Below, piece by piece: positions 1-10,519 of a stretch of 64,000 nucleotides of DNA (position 1 is the first letter of the stretch; the number at the start of each line of letters is the position of its first letter). The notes below the pieces were generated by a model. It searched no databases and was not told the DNA's origin. It was given only the letters and a program-made list of their open reading frames with translations. The stretch is from Psammoneis japonica. Taxonomy: Eukaryota. Both the position numbers and the translations under genes were made by a program. The stretch lies in contig QPGO01000032.1 of assembly GCA_008632985.1 (NCBI GenBank), positions 369,330-433,329 of the forward strand, in the 5' to 3' direction.

Positions 1-3000
1 GTCATCATCTTTGCACTTGTGCTCTGAGGCACCTTGCTTCAACCTGGATTCTTTCATTCAGTTTGGTCACAAAATGATCCCAAGGTGAGCTTTGCTTGAT
101 TTTTCTTCTTTCAGGGAATTCCATCAACCACCAACAACTTGCCAATTGGAGCGAGCATGCACCGCGTGATGCCACTCCCCCAAACATCAAGCACACAAAA
201 AGACAAGTGATCCCATCAACTTCAAATGTTTCAACAGCTTCTTTGTGCAGCTCTTGACCATTTCTTTCTGTGCAAAACACACACAAGCTAACAGCACCTG
301 TGTCAGCTGGGTTCATTGAGATTGGAGAAGAGGCAAAGTGAGCTCCCCTCCAGAAGTCAGAAAGTCAGCAACAACATCGTCAATTCTGGTGCTCTTTGTG
401 AACTTTTGGGTGGAGAATGTTCTCCAAGATGAGGCCATTTTAGTTGCCTGTCCTTTGTGATCTGATTTGCCCAAGAGTTGTTGGCACTGCAATTGTGGTG
501 GTGAAGATGGGGGCAATGTCCCCCCAAAGCCATCGCAGTTCTTGTGCCCATTGGCTGGGAATCATGTGAAGACATGCCAACTTGCTTTTCTGGCTTTTGT
601 TGTTCCTGCCGGTGATCTGCTCTTGCCTGCTTTCTTTCCAGCCCCTGACTCTTTGATCCTTGCCTTCAACTTCTCAATCTCAGCAAACCTGACTTCTCTG
701 CCTTTTTGCCAAGCCAGGTGTCTCTTTTGTTCAGCGACCCGTCCAAAGACATTTGCCATCTGGCTCCACTTTTGATCTGGAAGACTTGCATCAAGCTGAG
801 CCACCTGCTGCAGGTGCAGGTGCAGTTGGGCATCCTTGTCTGAAGCGCCACTCTCCCAGCCTGTGTGCCATCATGAAACACAGTGGCTGATGCCAAGATT
901 TTGTTTGCCGGTGCTCATTCTCTGGAAAAATGTTCTGCTGGCATCCCTTTCACAGTTTGAGGAGTCTGGTGGGTGAGTCAAGAACCCCCCCCCCCTCTGG
1001 CACTCCAAGGGACAACCAAATGAAGAAAGTTGGCAGCAGTGTGTGCCTCCCGTCTCTCTGGCTCTGACTCTCATCTGGCTGTTGCCCACATGGGGGCAGT
1101 GCTGGCTTGGTGGAGGAGGGTTCCCCCATCTGCAGAGCCTGGGCATGCCCTCTGGTTCTGGTGCCTTTGTCTGTGTCCAGCCGTGTTTGCCTCACACAAA
1201 CAATGCAGGGGTGCCAGGCTGAACTTCGCATTTTTGACAACTCGCCTCCTGTTTGCGCCAGCTGCACATTTTCTGTGGTCACCCACAACATGCACCCTGT
1301 CATCCCTTTGAGCAAACCCACCACAGATCACCTTGTGGCAGCAAGTCAAGAGCTCTGGACAGTGCCAAAATGGGTTGTCATCGCCCTTCACACATGCCAT
1401 GATGCTGAAGATGGGATGTCTTGAGCAGGGAGCACTCTATCTTCCTGCACGTTCCTTGCAACGCATTGAGGGAAGACAAATTAAAATCCTGGTTGGATGC
1501 ACAATTTGTTCAAATGCTCGTCACCCTTGATTTTTGAGAGGTGTCAACACACCCCGCATTGAAAATGTCCATGCAATTGGGCATTCACACATTTGCACAG
1601 ACAAACACAATTTCAAATTGCCAAAATTTTGAACATAAATTTGTGTGTCCTTGAAAACACAATGCTGTGATTTTGACCCAAGAAAAACGAAAAACCATCC
1701 AAAAAGCACAAGACCATCACAATCCAAGAAGCAGCGACACCATGGCCTCAGGATCCGTTGTTTGCCGCAGATCCAGGAAAGCACTGTTTGATTTGCTTCA
1801 GCAAGTTCATTGCATCATTGTCATTGCTGTTGCAGCTGTTGAGTCTAATTCTTTGTGGTGTGCCTTTCATTTGTGCAGAGCAAAGGAGAGAGCACGCGAC
1901 GGTCAAGAGGCTTCTTTTTCGCGTGGCGTGGCCAACCTCGCTGTCAACAACGTTGCTGCCAACGGGAACACGGGAACCCAAGAAATGGAAGAAGGGGCAA
2001 GCACAGTTTGGTGTTGTCATTGCTGTTCCAGCTGTTGAATCTAATCATTTCGTTTTTGCGTGCTTTTCAATTGTGCAGATCAAAGAGGAGCAAGCGACAA
2101 CAGCCAAGAGGCTTCTTTGTCACTTGGCACAGTGCACCCCGATGCCAACAACGTCACCACCAGCAGGAGTGCTTGAACCCAAGAAGTGGCAGAGCCCTTC
2201 ATGGTGGGGGCAGTGAATGGATGTCAGGGTGAAGCGGACGAAGAGAACAATGTTGACGAAAGGAAGGGCGAAAAAGACGAGATGGCCACAACTCAACATG
2301 TCAACTGAAAGAAGCAGACAACAAGGTGAGCAACATCATGTGCACGCTGGCTTGGTTTTTCTTGGTGTGTGTGTCCTTTTCCAAGCATCCTCAACAGCTC
2401 TGCCTTTTGCGTTTCAGCGGAGCCGAGAGGAGACGATGCAATCAACTGCAAACAGGAACATTCGGCAAGTCGTCCTAAGAACAGCTCTCTTTTCCTTTTC
2501 TGGCAACTCACACCAACTGTTCTTCCCTCTTGCATGCACTGCCACAGAGCATCCGATGAGGTGCAAAAGAACAATGCATGCGACCACCATTCTTGCAGCC
2601 AGAACCACAATGAATCCTTTGCGAACAAGTCTCAGGATGATGGCGCGCACTGCAAGACGGAGACGCACCTCCAATGGGCCCAGCAGGGCAAGAAAACCGA
2701 GGAGACTTGACGATTGAAAGTTTGTTTTCTGCACTGAGAATCACGAGAAACTGCGTGGTGGAGTGCTGGTTTGTTCAATTGCACCCTTCAATTGACTCTC
2801 CATTGATGTCACAGTTGTCAGCGCCGCAGCATTTGAATGTGTTGCACCACAGTTGAGAATGATGCTCCACCAGAAACACATTCCAGGAATGGAGAGCACC
2901 GATTCCTGGTGTTCCAGAAATGGGCCATCCCCCAGAAGATTGGAGGAACCTTCAAACCCAGAAATGTGTGACAGCAATTTGGCATCCAGGAATGAAAACC

Positions 3001-3470
3001 AGTGATCTCCGAGAAGGACGACCCAGCAATTGACCCAGGAAAAGGTGAAAATTCCAGCAATGTGTCTAGCAAAACCCTGTTTCTCCAGTGATTCCTCCAG
3101 AAAACGCGCCATGCCACATCCAAAGTTACGCGCAATGAAGTGCGCGCAAAAAATCAAGAAACAGGAGGAAATTTGCTGGAACTTTCGCGTGCAGTGTTCC
3201 CCGGGATTGCCACCTTTTACCCTGCTTCATTGACCACTCAGTGGTTGGTGATTGCAGACTTTTTCATGTCGGTCCAGCAGTCGGGCAGTCGGGGGGTCGG
3301 GGGGTCGGGGGGTCGGGCAGTCGGGCAGTGGGGCAGTCGGGCAGTGGGGCAGTGGGGCAGTCGGGCAGTCGGGTTGTCCGTCTGAATTTGAAAGTGTGTC
3401 CCTTGGATTTTGAAAGGGTGTGGGTTGTTTAGTGCAGATGAATTCTTCGGATTCTTGGAATTGTCATTGA
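1..3470. repeat. TpA-depleted, CA/TG-rich degenerate domain (probably repeat/TE-derived); CpG partly retained
   Basis: Very few TA dinucleotides; overlapping ORFs are Tyr-free and Cys/His/Gln-rich; contains a ~196-bp tandem duplication (1835 vs 2031). Confidence 0.6.
3278..3373 (+). repeat. G-rich 8-9-mer tandem repeat (CAGTCGGG/CAGTGGGG/GTCGGGGG)
   Basis: Direct reading; multiple G3-G6 runs. Confidence 0.9.
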
Positions 3471-4229
3471 CATGAGAGGTTGTGGGGACATCCAAAAAAA
3501 TCGATAAATTCCCTACGACGGGCACGTGGCACGCTTTTTCAGGAGAGCTCGAAAGTTCTGAAAAATTGGGATTGCCGGCGTGGCATGTTCAAAAATGCAT
3601 TCAGTTATATACAAAGATAATTTATCGTGAATTCTACACGAAAAAGTCACATTGGGGAAAACATCATATCGAACAATAAGTGAGTTTGTGCGATGCGCTA
3701 TTATGGCGATAAATTGGAAAAAAAGAGTGTCCGTGCACCTCGCCACAGCCCCAAAAATGGCATGAGACATCAAATATAACGGTCATCCGCGTGACCGGTG
3801 CGGTGGCCACGCCACTCAGCCGCCACAATACCGGCCCCGGCGGTAGGGCCCTACGTACGTACAGGCAATACAGCATGCAACGGCACACATACACCCACAC
3901 CCACAAAGAAAGACAAGTGGTCAATGCTCCCCGCAGGCCTGGTTTCCGCGGGAAGGGTGAATTCCCGGGGAATAATCGCCACGAATTACCGTTCGTTATA
4001 TATATACTAAATGCATGTATAAAAAATAATACACTGGTAATTCCCCGTGCTTCCCCTCTCGTACATTTCTACGCGTTCTACGTGCCGGGACGTAGGAGCC
4101 AGACGATCGACCGACCGCAACAGCAAAAATGGGCAACACGCCATGGCGCGTTCGCATCCCATTTATGACGGCTATTGTCAATCAATCACGACACCGTTCA
4201 ATGTATTCGATGGTGTCGATTGAACGGGA

Positions 4230-6350
4230 TCTGCAGCATAAAACACAAGATAAAATGTGATTGCACATGTGCAGAACACACCAGTGCAACTGATCGTTGG
4301 GCGTCAGTTGCTTTTTTGTTGTGCAACCACAAATGCAAGCCACAAAGCGCACAGCAAAGGCCAAGGCAAAAGTAGAACCACATGTGGCCAATGACAACAA
4401 TGTGTCGGATTGAACAGTCATGCTTGTTCTTTCAATTTGCACATCTTGTGTGCAGAATGAAGGGGATCGTTTGGATCACTCTTTTGTCGTGCACTCAGAA
4501 AGGCAAGCCATGAGGCGTCCAGTGTGAAGGATGAGGCAAAACAGGAACCTCACATGGTTGAAAAAAATGTGGCAGATTGATTGACAATGTTTGTTCTTCC
4601 CTTTGACCTGTCCCATGTGCAGAACACATTGCACCATTTTTTCCTTCTTGTGTCGTGTGGTCACAAATGCAAACCACAACGGCTCTAGAGCAAAGGCTGG
4701 GGCAAAAACAGAGCCGCACATGAACAATGTTGGTGTGCACGATTCAACGGTAAAGTTTGTTCTTCCCTTGCTCTGCCACAAGGGGCCGCTTTGTGTTGAT
4801 TTGTCGATGCATCCGTCATGGTCGTCGCCCGGCCAAACAAGAAAAAGGCACACCGGCCTGACCCAAATCAAACGGGAATCACCGCAATGCACTCGTTTTT
4901 TGTTCCCCTTGCAGCATGCATGCAGACAAAAGGTTGTTTTTGTCATGCCCTTTGTAACATTTAAAGGCTGCAACACGTCGCCGTGATGCATCAACTCTTG
5001 TCAGTGGCTGCACATTGCACTCCTCCTCATGTGTCGTGCGTCCATGCGGCTCTTTGCCAACGTGTGCTGACACTGCACGGTTTTGGCAGAACAGTGTGGG
5101 TACGTGCGAAGGAACACGCAGAACTGCACAGAGTTTTGCGCGTTCGACAGTGATCAACGTTGCTGCAGACAACTCCCACTCAGGGTTTCGAACCCCTGGC
5201 CTCCTGCCTGATGGTTGCGATGAACCACTCCGCTGTGAATTCACAATGCAACATGCATGCAGACAAAAGGTTGTTTTTGTCACGCCCTTTGTGACATTTA
5301 AAGGCTGTGACATGTCGCCGTGATGCATTGACTCTTGTCAGCAGCTGTGTGTTGCACCCTCCCCGAGCCCTTTCAGTCGTTCCTTCCCGCTAAATTGCCC
5401 TCATTTCCCGGGAATTCCCCAAAAGGGAAAGGCAATTCCCCCTTGCCCTTGCCATTTTGGGGAATCCCCAAACGGGCAAAATCAAACTAAGTTGGAACTC
5501 ATGGTCTCTGAAGCACCTCCTTGTCATCTGACCTCTCTCGGCACATCGTGTGGCACAGCACACTGAAGAGTTTGGAATTTTTCACATTTCGCGCACGGCG
5601 CAGCACTGTCCCCCATTTTTTTTAAATGCCCAGGTCTCCATTGAAAGGTCATCTGATCAAAGGCACTGTTCTTCACCATGCAAATCAAAACCCCTTTGAT
5701 CAGATGACATCTCAGTTGAGATCCCGCAAAGTCGCCAGCAGCTCCAATCACCCCCTCGCAGCATGACATTGTGCACATCTGCACGCGGTTTGGCATTTTT
5801 CCTTGTGCAAAATGTCAGTTGTGAATTTTGTGACATTTTCAAATGAGGAGCATTTCTGAGAGCTTTTTGCCCCCCCCCCCCCCCCCCCCCCCACAAACAC
5901 ACGCAAGCTCCCCCAGCTCTTTTTCAGTTGTTGGGAAATTCGACGAGATGTCCTTTTGCACATTGGCCGTGACTTCAGCATTGGATTCAGTGTGGAGCTG
6001 GAGCCATGCCTCAAGGACTTGTCACCCGCAGTTCCTGCATCTCGCACTTGCTCCCTCGCATGGTTGTTTGACACTCGCCACTCACCAGAGACAATGGGGC
6101 TCGGGGTTGCCGAGACATTTCACTTGAGACAAATGTGCAGCAGCAATGAAAATGCAACGAAATGATCAGGAGGAGGTCTGGGCATGATGAACCTGCGATC
6201 ATTTGTCAAAGAACAATTCGAGAGTTTTTTTTGCGACCACTGACCCCACTGCACTTCGTCAAAAACACTGGTCGATGCTCAATGCTCGTTTCTCTCTCTC
6301 TCAAAAGCAAAATCATCGTCTGTCAAGTCATTTTGAACAGCCGATTCAGC
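4230..6350. repeat. TpA-depleted degenerate domain with internal direct repeats (~4260/4612; ~4914/5254) and a poly-C tract
   Basis: gcatgcagacaaaaggttgtttttgtca...ttaaaggctg occurs twice; TA is scarce. Confidence 0.6.
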
Positions 6351-6699
6351 CTTAAGTGTTTCGAATCATTTATGTTGCACCTTTTGGTATGACAAATAAT
6401 GTTGAAAGCACGCAAATGTTGACTTTCATTCGTACGGCTGCAAGCAGTAATTGCCCAACGAGTCATTGGTGTCTGAGAACGACAGTAGACTCACTGCCCA
6501 CTTTAAGTATGACAACCACTTCGGCCACAATAAATGTTGTGTGATCACTTATCAAACGACAATTCGGAGGTTCTTGCTTGGAGACCACTAACCCCGTTGC
6601 ATTTCGCCAAACTTCTCTCACACACAAAAAACAAAATCATCGCAAAGAGAGAACACTACTTTCGAGAAACCAAAACATTGACACTTCATTAAGAGAACA

Positions 6700-8017
6700 A
6701 TGCATTTCCTTAGCCTTGCTTTCCTCTTGGCTGCTTGCGTCATTGACGCCAGTGGATCGGTCTCTGAGGACAACAATGCCTTAGTAAGTGCTGCAAAAAC
6801 TGGAGTCATTCTCATTGAATTACACCCGTTCTCATTCGTATTCTTTGCTCGTCTATCAGGTGCAGCTTGAAGACCTACCTGAAGGCGGTCCTGATGTCGA
6901 AGAAGAACAAGGTGGTGTTGTCGTCTTGGAAGGAGACGAGCAAGAACATCGTTATTTACGACGGCGTCCGGGCGGCATAGACAATTTACCCCCAGGCGTC
7001 AGATTGGTACCGGGTACCGGGAGCAACAACACCTTAATCATGACTGTTTACGTCTGGTACTGGCTGGGGGGCAAAGATTTGTGCATCAATCCTATCGAGT
7101 GGTGCAACACTAAAGTTATCGAAAAGTTTCATTTTGCAGAATTGTACAGAGACGAACCTAATATCAGTGTGCTCTACGCAATGGTGGAAGCTGGAGCCAC
7201 CTGCTGGGCCCCGGCTAAGGCCCTTACAAGGATGAACGCCGTGGTTCATGGAAAAGCCGAACTCACCGTCAAGCAAATAGCACGCATCGGGCCAATCCCC
7301 GAAGTCAGTTTCAGATCGAGTTTAAGCACGTGTACACTGTCTGTGGCATTCGCGGGAAGTGAGTCCGAAGCTGCAGCTTTTTCTCAAGGGACAGCTGGTG
7401 CATCGGTTGAACCGAATGGAATATGCCAAAACCTCCCGCCTACTCACAGGTGGAGAAGACATCGTATGTGTACCTATGGAAGTGGAGAAGTGGAAGCTAT
7501 TGGAGAGGCTGATGCTATTAGCACCGCTTCCTCTTTCTCCAAGGCGCTTGCAGAGTCCAGAAATACTCATTTCGTAAGCGTGATATCCAAAGGCAGGAGT
7601 CTCGATTCCTTTGAAGCTGTTGTGATTGGAGGAGCGTCGAGCTTCACTGCGGTAAAAAGTAGATCAATTACTACTGCCATCACCGATGTCGTTGCCGATG
7701 CAGATAGTTACACTTGGATTCAAAACTGCATAGAGTGGTTGGTGGATTTCTGTGGTAGCCACCACTTTCCTTGGTGCGAGCCATATAAAATCCACGAGTG
7801 TTGTACAGAAGCAGAGGCAGAGGCCACTACGGCGGTCAAAGCCAACGCCGAAGCTTTTGCCAAGGCTGTTGCGAAATCATTCGGGAACCTCGAAATCTCA
7901 GTTGCATTTAATGCATTCTTGAGACGCAACGAACTTACGGGCGCTGTCGATATGGGCTTGAACATGAATTCTGGCTTTTCTGCAGGAGCCGTCACCACCT
8001 GTAAAGCTAAGATCTAG
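6700..8017 (+). CDS. Secreted uncharacterised protein, family copy A (~413 aa); exons 6700-6783, 6860-8017
   Basis: Exon 1 MHFLSLAFLLAACVIDASG signal peptide; GTAAGT..CAG intron 6784-6859 joins in frame to ORF 6788..8017; clear paralogy with the 24.3 kb and 45.3 kb copies. Confidence 0.85.
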
Positions 8018-8418
8018 AAGGAACGATGGAATGCCCTGAGCGATTAGGGTCGATGAGCTCGTCTTTTCGTTGGGTGTTGGATGATTGTTTGGAAGTGCAT
8101 AGTGCATGTTTAGTGGAGATCAGCAGCATTAGATGGATTAGATGAAAGTTACTGAAACGGTCTCATCATGAGTGACACAAGTTCAGAGGAGAAGACGGGC
8201 TGAAGCTTGTCTCGCAAATAGATAATACATAACATAGTTATCAAGCCTTTGTATGTGTTTTTCACGTACTTTGTCTTTGTTCACAGAACATTGGATCACT
8301 CGACGGGATCGCAATGAATTGCGGTGCCCGCAACAAACAGTTTCTCTTGTTCGTGCTGTACGAGCTAATCACTTAGAATCGTGAAGGAGAAGATCGGATT
8401 CGAAGGCTGTCGGCACGC

Positions 8419-8990
8419 CTTAATCATGACTGTTTACGTCTGGTACTGGCTGGGGGCGAAAGACTTGTGCATCAATCCTATCGAGTGGTGCAAAACAAAA
8501 TTTATCGAAAAGTTTCAATTTGCAGAATTGTACAGAGACGAACCTGATAACAGCATGGTCTACGCAATGGTGGAAGCTGGAGCCACCTGCTGGGCCCAGG
8601 CTAAGGCCCTCACAAGGATGAAGGCCGGAGTCAAAACGATTACTTCTGCCATCACCGATGTCGTCGGCGATGCAGATGGTTACACTTGGATTCAAAATTG
8701 CGAAGAGTGGTTGGTGGATTTCTGCGGTAGCCACCATTTCCCTTGGTGCCAGCCAATTAAGATCTGCGAGTATTGTAGAGAAGCAGAAGCCGAGGCCTAT
8801 ACCAGGGTCAGCGCCAAGGCCGAAGCTTTTCCAAGGCTGTTGCGGAATCATTCGGGAACCTCGAAGTTTCAGTTGCAATGAATGCGTACTTATCATGCAA
8901 CGAACTTACGGGCGCAATCGACATGGGCTTTGAACAAGAATTCTGGTTTTTCTGCAGGAGTCGTCACTACCTGGTAGAGCCAAGACCTAA
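8419..8990 (+). pseudogene. Family copy B: 5'-truncated, internally deleted (~420 nt), frameshifted
   Basis: Starts at IMTVYVWYW; jumps from LTRM to AGVKTITSA; -1 shift at ~8830 (gcttttcca vs gctttttcca in copy C). Confidence 0.85.
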
Positions 8991-9108
8991 AAGGAACGAT
9001 GGAATGCGTTGAGCGCACAGGGGCGATGAGCTCCTCTTTTCGAGGGTTGCTGGACGATTGTTTGTAAGTGCATGTTTAGTGGAGATCAGCAGCACAGAAT
9101 GGAGTTAT

Positions 9109-9483
9109 TGCACTCGTGCTACCGACGTCATATAGTCCTGCGCACCAAAGCCCGTTGCATGGGGCCCTAATTGCTTTTGGTTGCAAGTGTCATGTGCTTT
9201 TCAGCCTTGCTAAGTTCTCCTCTCGACTCACAATACAAGCCAAGGTAAAAGTTTGCACAAAATTCTTCTGCAAGACTGTGTGACGCAACGACGTAAAATG
9301 GCTAGCATGAGCTTTAGAGCAGAGAGACACAAGCACAAGACAATGCAGAGCAAAAGCACTTACTTTCCGCGGTGACCAGCTAAGGCGAGATCCTGTTCAG
9401 CAGCTTCTCCACGAAACAGCGAATAAATTGCGGGCCACACAAGAAATTAAAAACTTTGTTGAGAAACAGGCATGCATGCACCC
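9109..9483 (-). pseudogene. Duplicated 3' fragment of the TPR gene at 26098-27274
   Basis: Near-identical to ~26123-26490 (offset 17006 over most of its length), with an extra ggggccc insertion at ~9161. Confidence 0.9.
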
Positions 9484-10519
9484 GGAGCCGCCCAAACCCC
9501 GTGCATCATGTCCCATCTCTGTGCCTCTCCAAAACTGTTGCCCTCCCCCGCAGCAAGCAACTCAGCCACTGTTGCCATGAGATGCAATGGAAAGGCAACA
9601 GCCATGCTCGACACTCGACAAAACCTGCACTCGCAAGGAAGGAGAAAAAGACAAACATGCCGTTAGAGTTGCAACGATTTCACGATGCTGAGATCCCCGT
9701 TGTGAAAAATTCAAAGCAACGAATCTCTTTTAAACACAACAAAGAGACGTTCCGCACCTTGGACAGCCTGGAGTGGATCCTCCTTGAAGAAACAGCAATG
9801 AGCTTGCAAACAAAACACATGGCAGCAACACAAAAATGAGCAACAAAATGATGTTTCACGACACCTGCAGAGCCGCCATCCAAGATCCAGCATGTGGGCA
9901 ACATCAACACAATGACAGAGATGCGATGCGCGGGTGCACACAAAACACATGGAAATGACCTTTCCGATGAACCCATCATGGATTTTCACAAACAAAGCTG
10001 TGCACATGTTCTTGCAATGACTGCCATCCCATCAATGCCTTGTTCGCCAGCGTTTGAGGTCAAAAGCGTTGTCAATTGCAAAACTCAGGATGAGCGGCGC
10101 AGGTGCAGCAAAAACAATTTGTGTTTTTTGCCAACGCGGAACTCTGACGTCTCCTGCACTCTGCTGCATTTGAGTCAAGTGTCACCAAAAAAATCAACTG
10201 CCGATGTCATGATGTTTTTTTGTCAAAGAGCTTGAAATCTGCTTGATCTGCTTCCACTCACCTGAGAACTGCTCATTTGCAAAAAAACAAGCTCCTTGAG
10301 TGCAAGAAAATCTGTCATGGCCACGAGCGCCAATGCGCGATGTCGAGCCCACTTCTGTGAAGAACAGGTTCCATGTGCTTGTTCTTCCTTGATGTCACGT
10401 GCGTGTGCACCGCGTGCTTGTCCCACGCTGTTGCTGATTTTTGCTTGATTTTTGTGCAAATTGCTGGCAATGTGACAATTCGTTCCAACTCAAGCTTCCA
10501 AGCAGAAGGGGGGGGGGGG

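Noticed and set aside
3935..5480. TIR element bounded by GAATTCCCGGG motifs
   Set aside because: Match is short and largely palindromic; no clear termini or target-site duplication
9190..9483. Classical fungal RIP, or CpG deamination alone, as the cause of the composition
   Set aside because: RIP creates TpA rather than removing it, and CpGs are retained in this segment while TpAs are lost
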